Positions 1 to 9,794 of a stretch of 64,000 nucleotides of DNA are shown piece after piece. The translations under genes were made by a program, and so were the position numbers. Positions within the stretch are counted from its first letter, which is position 1; every line of letters starts with the position of its first letter. This DNA comes from Candidatus Cloacimonadota bacterium. GTDB taxonomy: Bacteria > Cloacimonadota > Cloacimonadia > G963667145. The stretch is from contig OY762940.1 of assembly GCA_963667255.1 (NCBI GenBank), positions 64,001 to 128,000 on the forward strand, read 5' to 3'. A model generated the notes under the pieces. It worked only from the letters and a program-made list of their open reading frames with translations. It was not told where the DNA came from and made no database searches.

Positions 1-58
1 ATTTATTCATTATTCATTTTTATCTTTTATTTGATTTGCTCTGCCACAGAGCAAATCC

Positions 59-1264
59 TCACTCCACCCACTGCTCTTTCACTGTGGTCAAGAGAACTCC
101 ACCCACAACAAAAAAGCACAGAACTGACAAAATGGAATATTGCTGAGAGCCTGTAATATAGGCGATTTGACCGTAAACTATCGGTCCGAAAATCGAAGTA
201 AGTTTGCCAGTGAATGAGTAAAATCCGAAAAACTCGCTGACCTTCTCTTTGGGTGTAAGCCGAGCCAACATCACTCTGGAAGACGATTGCGAAGAGCCGA
301 TAGCGATGCCTGCCAATAGTCCCACGAAATAGTACTCAAAAGTGCTTCGACAAAAGAAAGCCCAAAAAACCACAAGCGACCAAATCAACAGGGTAATTAA
401 AATCGTTTTTTTTGCACCTATCCAATCCAAAACATAACCGAACAGCCACGCTCCTGCCATCGAGGTCAATTGTGCTAAGATGAAATAAAAAATCAACTGC
501 GAGCTACTCATCCCGAAGCGAGTCGCCCCATATATCGATGCGAAAGAGATGACTACGATAATTCCATCGTTATAAATGAGATAGCTTATCAGAAATTTCA
601 ACAAGTTCTTGTAGTTGCGGATATTGGCAAAAGTGTGGCTAATCCTCCGAAATGCTGTGCGGAAATAGTTGGAGCGTTTGGACGGAAGTTGCACCTCTTT
701 TAGCAAAACAAAGGTCACAATGGACAAAATCCCGAAAAATGCACCAACCATCGGGAAGACCAATTTAACATCTATCTTCAGCAGGAACAGTGCCAAAAAC
801 AAAGAGACCAATCCACCCATATAGCCGATACCCCAGCCAAGCCCAGAAATTTTCCCGATATTGTTTGTGTTGGATATCTCTGGCAAAAAAGCGTTGTAAA
901 AAACATTGCCACAACTAAATCCGTAATTGGCAATTATAAAGAAAATCATCCCCATTGCTACATCGCCTTTTCGCACGAAATACAATAAGGAAGTGAATAT
1001 CACACATAGATAACAATTAATGAAGAGGAATTTTTTTTTGGACCGAGAATAGTCGGCGACCGCCCCCAAAACAGGCGAAGAGATTGCTACCAAAATCATC
1101 GAGATGCTCACAGCCCAGCCCCACAGAGCTGTCGCATATTCTCCACCACCTACCACAACATCCTTGAAATAAACGCTGTAAACCACCGTGACTATTATCG
1201 TGGTAAAAGAAGAGTTGGCAAAATCGTAAAAAATCCAACCGAAGATATTTTTATTCATTTTCAT
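59..1264 (-). CDS. MFS transporter (UMF1/Atg22-like family)
   Basis: 401 aa, multiple hydrophobic segments, N-terminal WIFYDFANSSF motif typical of UMF1-type MFS. Confidence 0.85.
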   Translation of the reverse strand: MKMNKNIFGWIFYDFANSSFTTIIVTVVYSVYFKDVVVGGGEYATALWGWAVSISMILVAISSPVLGAVADYSRSKKKFLFINCYLCVIFTSLLYFVRKGDVAMGMIFFIIANYGFSCGNVFYNAFLPEISNTNNIGKISGLGWGIGYMGGLVSLFLALFLLKIDVKLVFPMVGAFFGILSIVTFVLLKEVQLPSKRSNYFRTAFRRISHTFANIRNYKNLLKFLISYLIYNDGIIVVISFASIYGATRFGMSSSQLIFYFILAQLTSMAGAWLFGYVLDWIGAKKTILITLLIWSLVVFWAFFCRSTFEYYFVGLLAGIAIGSSQSSSRVMLARLTPKEKVSEFFGFYSFTGKLTSIFGPIVYGQIAYITGSQQYSILSVLCFFVVGGVLLTTVKEQWVE

Positions 1265-1457
1265 TTAATTCCCCACAATCAATCCAACTGAAACCGTCAA
1301 CAAAAGCGATTATTTTCTCTTGACTCCAAATCATACATAATCTTGACTACTATCAAGAAAATAGCGAAATTGAAAATCTGTTTATTTGTTGTAGAACTCC
1401 TTTTTCCGTCAACAATTTTCAATAATCTTGGGAAAAATTAAAATAAGATTTGAATTT

Positions 1458-4400
1458 ATGATTATTAATAACCGTTACAAAGTCATCCGAGAGATGGACA
1501 AGACATTTTGGGCAACCATTTATCAGGTCAAAGACATCAGAAATGAAAAAATGTACGCTCTTAAACTCTTTTCTGGTCTGTCTTGCGAAGAGTTTTACTC
1601 CCGCTTTTCAGCCGAAGAGCTAACACTATTGACCAGAATAAAGCACCCCAACATCATCAGAACTTACGATTTTGGAGTTTTCAGCAATGCGATTTACTCC
1701 CTTTCCGCTTATTACGATTTGCCCTCATTAAATAAATTCTCTTTCATCAATATTGATGACATTTACAAGATTGTTAACGGGATTTGTTTGGGATTAAACG
1801 CTCTGCACAAGGAAGGCTTGGTTCACCAAAACTTGCGACTCAAAAATGTTTTATACGACCCCGAGACAATGCAAGCTAAAATACTGGATTGCAACTTCGT
1901 TAACACCGAAATCTCCAAACAAAAATTAATTGTGGAGTATCTGCCGTATTTGGCTCCAGAAGTTTATGACGGCGAACCGGCAATTGTCCAAAGCGACCTT
2001 TATTCACTGGGAGTCATCCTGTATTACATCGCCTGCGGACGATACCCATTCACCATACAACAAATCCAAAATCTTCAAAGCTCGGAAAGCTACTATCCGA
2101 TAACTCCGTCCAAACTTAATCCGCAAGTCACCCCAATGCTGGACTCGTTGATTTTGCGACTACTGAGCAGATTGCCGGAAGAGAGATTTGAAAATTCGTT
2201 AGACATACTGAAATACATAAACCAAAACCTCGGCACTGAAAAAGTGCAAATCCCCCAACACAACGAAGACAATTTCATTTTCGGAAAAGGCACTATCCAT
2301 ACCAAAAACTTGAGCCAACTTCTTGCAGATTTGCAGACGGTGCAACAACAAAAAAACGGCAGAATATTATATATCATCGGAGATTACGGCTCAGGGAAAT
2401 CCAATCTACTAAAACATTTCCGCTACTCCATCCTCAACGAAAATTACACCATTTTCCATTATAAATGTGACAAAGACAACTCTGACCCCTTGTTCACCAT
2501 CGTCAAAGAATGTTTGGACAAAAACAACGAAAACCAAATCGTCCAAAAATACGAAAATATTTCCGAGAAATACAAAGAGTTCCTCTATAAATCGGAGGAG
2601 CAAGCCCTGAAATTACCAGATTCTACAGAAAGTGTAAAAACCGATACGGAATTTGTGCAAGAGTTCTTCTACACTTTGGCAAAGCAAAAAACTTTAGTCA
2701 TAATAATTGAGAATATTGATTATCTTAAGTCCGATACAATTCAAGCACTTGACATCATTTCCAAAACTATCAGCACCCATAGCATATTTTTTGTGCTTAG
2801 TGGCAATCGACACAACAATATAGATACTGTGATGCATAAAAACAAAACTTTTCTTCCCAATCTCGACTATGAAAAAACAAAAAAATTCGTTTCCCGTATA
2901 ATCCCCGAGAAGGAGATAAAAAAACCACTTTTAAACCTTATTTTCGACAAATCAGCAGGTAACCCAGAATTTATCAAGAAAATTTTGCTCCAATTGTCCC
3001 AAGACCATTTACTGTATAACGAAAATATCCCAAAAGATTATCATCTCCCCTCAACCTTTAGTTCGGATGTGAAAGAAACAATCTTAAAATCACTAAATCA
3101 ACTTCCAAACTATGAATTAATAAAAAAGCTCTCATTTTTCTATGTGCCTCTTACCAGCCAAAGTATCCAAAAAATTTTAAAAATATCCCAAAAAGAAGTT
3201 TGCTTTCTCCTCTCCGACCTTTTGGAAACCCACATTTTTATCCACGATAACGAATCTTACAGTTTCAATTCCGAACAAAGCAAAATCTACCTCAGCCAAC
3301 AACTGACAAAGACTGAAAAAGAAGAGATAGCCAAAAATATTTTCGCCTACTACCAAGACAATCCCATAGAAAATCTCAAAACAGCAGAAGGCTTACTCAG
3401 ATACTCTTTCATTCTCAAAAACTTTCTGAAAGCAAGAGATTACAGCCTCATCTGTGCAAACTTGCACTTGGAAAACAAGCAATTCGAAGAAGCATACTTT
3501 CACTACTTCCAAATCGGAAAACTTCACTCTTTAAGACTATTGCCTCAAAAATATTTGCAGGAAGATTTGGAAACTCTGACGATAAATTCTAAACTAAACT
3601 CCATAAAAAGTTTGCAACTGCTATCTCAATTCCCAGAGAAGAAAACAGAGAAATTGAGAGCCATACTTCTCCAAGATTCGGGAAATATAAAATTAGCAGA
3701 AAACATATTTGATAATTTGAAACTCGACTCTGACAACATCGACAAGATTCTTCGCATTCGCCAAATTAGAAATAAACTGCTCCTCAATAAATTAGACCAA
3801 GCATCTGCTCTCTTGGATGCATTTTCGCCCGAATCTCTAAAGGATAAAATTTACAAAATAATAATGCAAGCGGAACTTCTGCTGAAACGCAAAAATCCGG
3901 ATAAAGCCACTACAATCCTCAACGAGTTCATAGAAAATCACAATTTGGACGAATTGAAAAATGATTACATTCTCAGCAAATTTTACGAAGTGCTCTCCAA
4001 CTGCCTCCACATAAAAAGGCATCTCGAAGAAGCCGAGAAATACTACTTAATTGCCCAACAAATTTTGAAAGAAACCGGATACACAATCGGGCTGTGCAAC
4101 AATTACATAGATTTAGGCGGTCTGTATTTGACTGCAGGGAATATTGACAAAGCCTTAGATTACCTGTCCCAAGCACAAAAGCTTTCGCAAAATTACGCAC
4201 AAGGGCAACTACGCGTTTCCTATAGCTACGGCAAAGCCTACATCAAGATGGGTGAATTTGAGAAAGCGATAGAGTATTTTGAAATTGCCAAAAAAATCTG
4301 CAAACAAACCAAAAACAATTTTCGCTACTCTATGTGCAAAATGCATATAGCCTCTTGCATAATGAAATGCAAGGGATACGGCGACTTTTACAATTTCGTT

Positions 4401-6740
4401 CTCAAATTCAAACCGGAGATTTTCGACTGGGAAATCAAAGATTTTGACCCACTTACAAGAGCGTTTTTCATTTACCTCATCTCCACCGAACAGATAGAAG
4501 GCTTGGAGCAAAAACTCGAACAAAACTCTCTTCTTTACCTGAAAAACAAAAACCATTATGAGATTTACTACAGCCTACTCGGACGCATCGCACATCTGAA
4601 AAAAGATTTCGATACAGCTATTTCTCACTTTGAAAAAGCCATAGAAATAGTGAAAGGAGTCCACAATTACGCACATTGCACCTTGCTCTACGACCTTAGC
4701 AAAGTCCATATCAGCAAAAAAGAGTTCGAAAAAGCCGCCATCATTTGCCAACAATTGGAAGAGATGAGTAAACAGTTCAACTTCAACTATTGGCACGAAC
4801 ACGCAAAATTGGAAAAGCTGAAAATAGATATTTTCGCCAATAAAATCAACTACAGACAAGCTTTTTTCATCGCAAAAACCTCTCTAACTTCTTGCCAAAC
4901 CAAAAATTACTTTATGCACACTTTGGAATATTACAAAATAATTATCCAAATTCTCGATTTCTACAATTTGAAAAAACAAGCCGAAAATTACATTTCCGAT
5001 TATAAAAAGCAAATTGAAAAAATCTGTCTCGGTCTTCCTCCCGAAGTGACTGCAAAAATCAAAAAATCTTACAAATTTTCCACCAAAAACTTTTCGGAAC
5101 TATTAGAATTCAAATTTCCGATAGACACGAAAATTAATATTGTTGCCGAGCAAAACGAGCTAATAAAAATCTTGGACATTCGCGACATCGAGAGAATTAA
5201 GTTCTTTGTTTGGAAGATGATAAAGAAATTTTTCGCTCCGTCAGGATTTTTGATTTTAATCGAGAACGAACAATTTTATGTCAAAAACATCGATAAAACC
5301 GAAATCGAAAGCTACGCAAAAATGATTTTAACTGAGAACACCACCAAAATTAGCAAAAAGTCGATTGTTGCTCCTCTGCAAATAGACAAAATCCCCAAAG
5401 GATTAATCGTTCTGAAAAACGAGACGGAGATACCATACAAACCCAGAGAAATCAATCTCTTCAAAAAATTGTTTCCCTACCTTTCCTATGTGATTTTCCA
5501 AATCATCAATGTGTCTCAAGTGTTAACGGAAAAAAAATTGCTCCAAAAAATGATGGAACTGAACATCATAGATTGCGTAGATGCCAAGCAAATAATGACG
5601 AATATTCTTGCTTTCCTCTTGGAAGTTACTGAAGCAAAAAGAGGGTTTTGGATAGAAAAAGATTACATCAACAGCACCGACGGCATAAACCTCTGGAAAC
5701 TGGGGCTTAGTGACCAAGGAGAGTATCTGCACACACAAAATTTCGTCTCCAATTATCTGATAGACTCCTTTGGCAAAAGAGAAAATTTTTACAAAATCTC
5801 CTCTCATTTGGTCTCGGATAAAAGCTTCGTCCAAACCTTGCAAAGATTCTCAATTTCCGAGTTTGAAATCTTCCTTTTTCCCATCGTCTTGGATAACAGA
5901 ATCAATTCCTTCTTGTATCTTGATACTTTCCAAGCCAAAAACGAAGCCACTAAATTACGCATCAATAAGGAATTTTTACTCACTTTCACCAACTATGTGG
6001 ACAAGATGCTCCAAACTTTCAAAGTTAACCAAATACTGAAAATCCAAATGGAGAAGCAAGAAAAAGTCACTCAAGCCAAGTCAACAGCCGTCAAGATTAT
6101 CAAAGACAGCTTCCTGATGCCCATCGAAGAGACAAAGTCCCTTCTGACTCAACCAGAACCTGACTTGGATAAGGCTTTGTTCAATCTTTCTTATCTGGAA
6201 CATTCGATTAACTCCTCTTTCTTTTTCAACAATCTCGACTCTCTGAAAACAAAATCCCATTTGAAATACAGCCTAAAAGAGTTGGCAGAAACCGTCCTGA
6301 ATAACTACAAATATATGTCAGAAAAATTGCAGATTAAATTTTCCATCGAAATAGATAACCTGAAAGTGAACAAAAAATCTTTCCTCATCATTCTGGACAA
6401 TATCATCCTCAATGCCCTGCAACACGCCCAAAGCTATATCGAAATCGGCTCGCGGAAATCGAAATTTAACAACGAGAGAATCGACAATCAAGAAAGTTTA
6501 ATTATCTACATCAATAACGACGGCGAAGTCCCGAATTTGGAAGATTTGCAAAACTCTTTCCAAAACCAGTTTTCGCAAAATTCCCGTCACTCCGCACACG
6601 AAAATAACAATCAAGAATTGGGCATCGGACTGCATCTTTGCAAAACCATTGTCGAAAAAATGAACGGAAAAATTTGGCCATTCACCCGAGAAAACATCAC
6701 GACCTGCTATGTCGCCTTGCCTATTGACAGAGAGAGCTAA
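1458..6740 (+). CDS. Large multidomain signalling protein: Ser/Thr kinase-like domain, P-loop NTPase, TPR region, putative GAF region, C-terminal HATPase_c
   Basis: ORF track 1428..6740 (TTG); ATG at 1458 preferred. Motifs YALK, HPNII, YLAPE, SDLYSLG; Walker A GDYGSGKS; helical TPR-like repeats; ILDNIILNALQH, NNDG and LGIGLHLCK boxes. Confidence 0.8.
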   Translation: MIINNRYKVIREMDKTFWATIYQVKDIRNEKMYALKLFSGLSCEEFYSRFSAEELTLLTRIKHPNIIRTYDFGVFSNAIYSLSAYYDLPSLNKFSFINIDDIYKIVNGICLGLNALHKEGLVHQNLRLKNVLYDPETMQAKILDCNFVNTEISKQKLIVEYLPYLAPEVYDGEPAIVQSDLYSLGVILYYIACGRYPFTIQQIQNLQSSESYYPITPSKLNPQVTPMLDSLILRLLSRLPEERFENSLDILKYINQNLGTEKVQIPQHNEDNFIFGKGTIHTKNLSQLLADLQTVQQQKNGRILYIIGDYGSGKSNLLKHFRYSILNENYTIFHYKCDKDNSDPLFTIVKECLDKNNENQIVQKYENISEKYKEFLYKSEEQALKLPDSTESVKTDTEFVQEFFYTLAKQKTLVIIIENIDYLKSDTIQALDIISKTISTHSIFFVLSGNRHNNIDTVMHKNKTFLPNLDYEKTKKFVSRIIPEKEIKKPLLNLIFDKSAGNPEFIKKILLQLSQDHLLYNENIPKDYHLPSTFSSDVKETILKSLNQLPNYELIKKLSFFYVPLTSQSIQKILKISQKEVCFLLSDLLETHIFIHDNESYSFNSEQSKIYLSQQLTKTEKEEIAKNIFAYYQDNPIENLKTAEGLLRYSFILKNFLKARDYSLICANLHLENKQFEEAYFHYFQIGKLHSLRLLPQKYLQEDLETLTINSKLNSIKSLQLLSQFPEKKTEKLRAILLQDSGNIKLAENIFDNLKLDSDNIDKILRIRQIRNKLLLNKLDQASALLDAFSPESLKDKIYKIIMQAELLLKRKNPDKATTILNEFIENHNLDELKNDYILSKFYEVLSNCLHIKRHLEEAEKYYLIAQQILKETGYTIGLCNNYIDLGGLYLTAGNIDKALDYLSQAQKLSQNYAQGQLRVSYSYGKAYIKMGEFEKAIEYFEIAKKICKQTKNNFRYSMCKMHIASCIMKCKGYGDFYNFVLKFKPEIFDWEIKDFDPLTRAFFIYLISTEQIEGLEQKLEQNSLLYLKNKNHYEIYYSLLGRIAHLKKDFDTAISHFEKAIEIVKGVHNYAHCTLLYDLSKVHISKKEFEKAAIICQQLEEMSKQFNFNYWHEHAKLEKLKIDIFANKINYRQAFFIAKTSLTSCQTKNYFMHTLEYYKIIIQILDFYNLKKQAENYISDYKKQIEKICLGLPPEVTAKIKKSYKFSTKNFSELLEFKFPIDTKINIVAEQNELIKILDIRDIERIKFFVWKMIKKFFAPSGFLILIENEQFYVKNIDKTEIESYAKMILTENTTKISKKSIVAPLQIDKIPKGLIVLKNETEIPYKPREINLFKKLFPYLSYVIFQIINVSQVLTEKKLLQKMMELNIIDCVDAKQIMTNILAFLLEVTEAKRGFWIEKDYINSTDGINLWKLGLSDQGEYLHTQNFVSNYLIDSFGKRENFYKISSHLVSDKSFVQTLQRFSISEFEIFLFPIVLDNRINSFLYLDTFQAKNEATKLRINKEFLLTFTNYVDKMLQTFKVNQILKIQMEKQEKVTQAKSTAVKIIKDSFLMPIEETKSLLTQPEPDLDKALFNLSYLEHSINSSFFFNNLDSLKTKSHLKYSLKELAETVLNNYKYMSEKLQIKFSIEIDNLKVNKKSFLIILDNIILNALQHAQSYIEIGSRKSKFNNERIDNQESLIIYINNDGEVPNLEDLQNSFQNQFSQNSRHSAHENNNQELGIGLHLCKTIVEKMNGKIWPFTRENITTCYVALPIDRES

Positions 6741-7738
6741 TGCAAAAGAAACACTTGATTTTAAGCTTTGAAACTTCCTGCGACGATACCGGAGTGGCAG
6801 TCGTTGATACGGAATACAATGTCCTTTCCAATGTTGTTTCCAGTCAATTCGTCCACGAAAAATACGGAGGAGTTGTCCCTGAGCTTGCCAGCCGAGACCA
6901 CCTAAAAAATATTGCTCGTGTCTGCCAACAAGCCTTGCGACAAGCGAACATTCCCCTTGCTGAAATCGATGCTGTCGCCGTATCGGTAAACCCGGGACTA
7001 ATCGGAGCACTTTTGGTCGGAGTGAGCTTTGCCAAATCTCTCGCATACTCAATCAACAAGCCACTCATCGCTGTAAATCATCTCTTGGGGCACATCTCCG
7101 CCATCAAGCTGAATTATCCGAATTTGACTCCGCCATACTTGGCTCTTGTCGTCAGTGGCGGACATACACAATTAGTCCATTTCACTGATGTAAACAACTT
7201 TAAAATCGTGGGAAGCACGGTAGATGATGCAGCGGGAGAAGCGTTCGACAAAACCGCCAAACTCCTCAACCTCGGCTACCCCGGAGGAAAAATCATAGAC
7301 AAACTCGCCAAAAAGGGAAATCCCAGTTTTGTCCATTTCACTAGAGCCTTAAACAAAAAAAACAATTTCAATTTCAGCTTTTCCGGCTTAAAAACCGCCA
7401 TAATGAACTACATCGCTGAAGCCACAACTGAACAATTGGAACTTCATCTTGAGGATATCGTCGCCAGTGTGCAAGAGAGCATCATCGACAGCCTCTACAG
7501 CAAAACTATCGCCTGTGCCAAGTTCCACAAAATCGAACAAATCGTGGTAGCTGGCGGAGTTTCCGCCAATTCCCGTTTGAGAGAAAAATTTAGCGGGAAA
7601 GCTCTCTTCCCCGACTTCCGCTACTGCACCGATAATGCGGCGATGATAGGAGCTGCGGCTATCGATTTATACCTAAACAAAGATTTTTCATCCCTCGATT
7701 TGAACGCATTCTCTACCAAAGGGATTAGGAAAATATAA
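6740..7738 (+). CDS. tsaD: tRNA N6-adenosine threonylcarbamoyltransferase
   Basis: ETSCDDT, GGVVPELASRDH, VSGGHT, DDAAGEAFDK, CTDNAAMI motifs. Confidence 0.97.
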   Translation: MQKKHLILSFETSCDDTGVAVVDTEYNVLSNVVSSQFVHEKYGGVVPELASRDHLKNIARVCQQALRQANIPLAEIDAVAVSVNPGLIGALLVGVSFAKSLAYSINKPLIAVNHLLGHISAIKLNYPNLTPPYLALVVSGGHTQLVHFTDVNNFKIVGSTVDDAAGEAFDKTAKLLNLGYPGGKIIDKLAKKGNPSFVHFTRALNKKNNFNFSFSGLKTAIMNYIAEATTEQLELHLEDIVASVQESIIDSLYSKTIACAKFHKIEQIVVAGGVSANSRLREKFSGKALFPDFRYCTDNAAMIGAAAIDLYLNKDFSSLDLNAFSTKGIRKI

Positions 7739-7763
7739 ACGACATTCAAAAGGAGAATTTTTC

Positions 7764-8312
7764 ATGTTATCTAAAAAACTAATTAGACTTTTTATTATGT
7801 GGTCAATTTTTGCACTATCACTCACAGCATGTTCAATTACAAATCCAGTTCTAAACCATTCTGGTGGTAACTATCGCAGTATTACCGATGATAAACTGCT
7901 TAATGAATCTTTATCAATGGCAATTGAAGAAATTTCAATCAATCTTAATCTTAATAAGAAATTTTTAATTGTGCAAACAATTAAAAATCCTACGAACGAA
8001 TATATTGCTGATAGACTTTTCGAAAAACTTTACAATGACGGGTACACAGTCGGCAAATCTGATTTTTCTCCAAGTAACTCAAATAACACTTTTGATAAAT
8101 TTCTAATTTTTTATCCAACAGTTTACGGAGTAGAAAACTATCAAACTCGCCCAACACTATTAGGAGCTATGACCATTATATTTACTCCGCTATTTTTTCA
8201 CAGCGATAGAAAAGCATCAGTAGTTATTCATTGTCGCTTAGTTGATAAAAAAACTATGGCAATAGAGTGGATTAAAGATTTTTCTGGAAATTCATCTATG
8301 CGATTATATTAG
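7764..8312 (+). CDS. Hypothetical lipoprotein
   Basis: AAGGAG RBS, signal peptide with lipobox LTAC, AT-rich. Confidence 0.65.
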   Translation: MLSKKLIRLFIMWSIFALSLTACSITNPVLNHSGGNYRSITDDKLLNESLSMAIEEISINLNLNKKFLIVQTIKNPTNEYIADRLFEKLYNDGYTVGKSDFSPSNSNNTFDKFLIFYPTVYGVENYQTRPTLLGAMTIIFTPLFFHSDRKASVVIHCRLVDKKTMAIEWIKDFSGNSSMRLY

Positions 8313-8425
8313 TTATTTGCGACTAATTCTCAACTTGCTATATGCCAATTGGTTGTCCCAATTTTGTCTTGACATCAACCACAAAGAATTTCTTTTAACG
8401 ATACACTAAAAATCAGGAGGATATA

Positions 8426-8596
8426 ATGGCTGTAATAATAGATGAAAGCAAATGTGCAGGCTGTGGAGCATGTGTGGGTACTTGCCCTGTAGAGGCCTTG
8501 AGTATGGATGGCGACATAGCTGTTGTTGACGAAGATACTTGCATCGATTGTGGAGCATGCATAAGTTCATGCCCTTGCGATGCTATCTCTCAATAG
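8426..8596 (+). CDS. 2x[4Fe-4S] ferredoxin (56 aa, absent from ORF track)
   Basis: AGGAGG RBS; translation MAVIIDESKCAGCGACVGTCPVEALSMDGDIAVVDEDTCIDCGACISSCPCDAISQ has two CxxCxxCxxxCP motifs. Confidence 0.95.
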   Translation: MAVIIDESKCAGCGACVGTCPVEALSMDGDIAVVDEDTCIDCGACISSCPCDAISQ

Positions 8597-8616
8597 AAGA
8601 TTATCAAATACTTAAT

Positions 8617-8650
8617 GAAGCACCTATTTTAATTTTAAAATAGGTGCTTC
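8617..8650. repeat. Perfect 16-bp inverted repeat between convergent genes; probable bidirectional terminator, homologous to the ends of the 23S insertions
   Basis: GAAGCACCTATTTTAA-TT-TTAAAATAGGTGCTTC. Confidence 0.85.
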
Positions 8651-8653
8651 GTT

Positions 8654-8839
8654 TTATCTTTTTTTTCTGTATAATAGGGACAAAGGAATTAGCACCAAAT
8701 AGGCAATAATCAAGACTACACTTGAAGCGGAAACCAGCTCAAATCCCATCAAAATATAGCCCAACACCAAAAGAACCAAACTAACAATCAGCAACACCCA
8801 ATTCTCTTTGTCAAAATTAAAATTTTTCATCTTACTCAC
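8654..8839 (-). CDS. Small membrane protein (DUF3098-like)
   Basis: 61 aa, F-x-K-x-N-W followed by two hydrophobic helices containing GYILM. Confidence 0.6.
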   Translation of the reverse strand: MSKMKNFNFDKENWVLLIVSLVLLVLGYILMGFELVSASSVVLIIAYLVLIPLSLLYRKKR

Positions 8840-9794
8840 TATCTCCTGTTAACAAATTTTTCAACTCTTCCTCAGCTTGTATTGCAAACTCTCCCTTATC
8901 CAAAAGCAAAACTTTCCTAAAATATTCAACAGATTCGTCAAGCAAACCTTGCCCAAGATAGATAAATCCCAAATGAAGCGTCATTTCAGCTTCCTGAAGA
9001 ACAGCCTCGCCTACCAAATACTTTTTTGCCAGCTCGTAAGCCTTTTCCTGCTTGCCCCATTTATAGTAAAGCCAAACCATAGAATCCCAATAATAAACAT
9101 TGTTCGGAGCACCTTGCACGCACTTCTCCAACAGCGAAAAAGCAAACGGGAAATACTCCGTTTTGTCGTTAATGACTATCGTGTACGCATACCAATTGGC
9201 AAAATCCAAATTATCAGGATACTTATTATACGCCATCTGAGCTATCGCAATCTCCTGTTCCCGCATACCAACATCATGCAAAAGCCCAAGAACAAAATTG
9301 TATAAACCCTTGGATTTGTCCCTATCGTCCACAATATCTTTTACCAAATAGCGAGCAGCAAGAGTATAATTGCCATCCAAATAGTTGAAAATCCCCGACA
9401 GATAGTTCAAAGAGCTCTTGCTATTGAGTGGCAAAGAATACAAATTTGACAATTCGTTCCAATTCTTAAAGAAGTCCTTGTCCAAATAGATGGTCTTAAA
9501 AATCGACAACACAAGCTTCTCTTCTATCATCTCGCTGTGATTGTCAAAAAGACTTGCATTCAAATAAAAATAGTAGGCATCACGGTAGCGATCTTCGTAA
9601 AAAGAGTATTCGCCCAAACCGAAATAATATTCAGCGGAGTGGGATAAATTGTCCGCCTTTTGCTGTAACTCAGGAATCGCCATCTCGCTGTCTGCTACCT
9701 CTATTTCCCGTGGTTCAACTATGCCTTTTTGATTTTGGGCACATGCAAACATCAAAAAACAGCTAATAGACAGCCAAAAAAAATTAGAATGCAT
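8832..9794 (-). CDS. TPR-repeat lipoprotein
   Basis: Lipobox-like MFAC, TPR-like helices, YYWDSMVWLYYKWG segment. Confidence 0.7.
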   Translation of the reverse strand: MHSNFFWLSISCFLMFACAQNQKGIVEPREIEVADSEMAIPELQQKADNLSHSAEYYFGLGEYSFYEDRYRDAYYFYLNASLFDNHSEMIEEKLVLSIFKTIYLDKDFFKNWNELSNLYSLPLNSKSSLNYLSGIFNYLDGNYTLAARYLVKDIVDDRDKSKGLYNFVLGLLHDVGMREQEIAIAQMAYNKYPDNLDFANWYAYTIVINDKTEYFPFAFSLLEKCVQGAPNNVYYWDSMVWLYYKWGKQEKAYELAKKYLVGEAVLQEAEMTLHLGFIYLGQGLLDESVEYFRKVLLLDKGEFAIQAEEELKNLLTGDSE

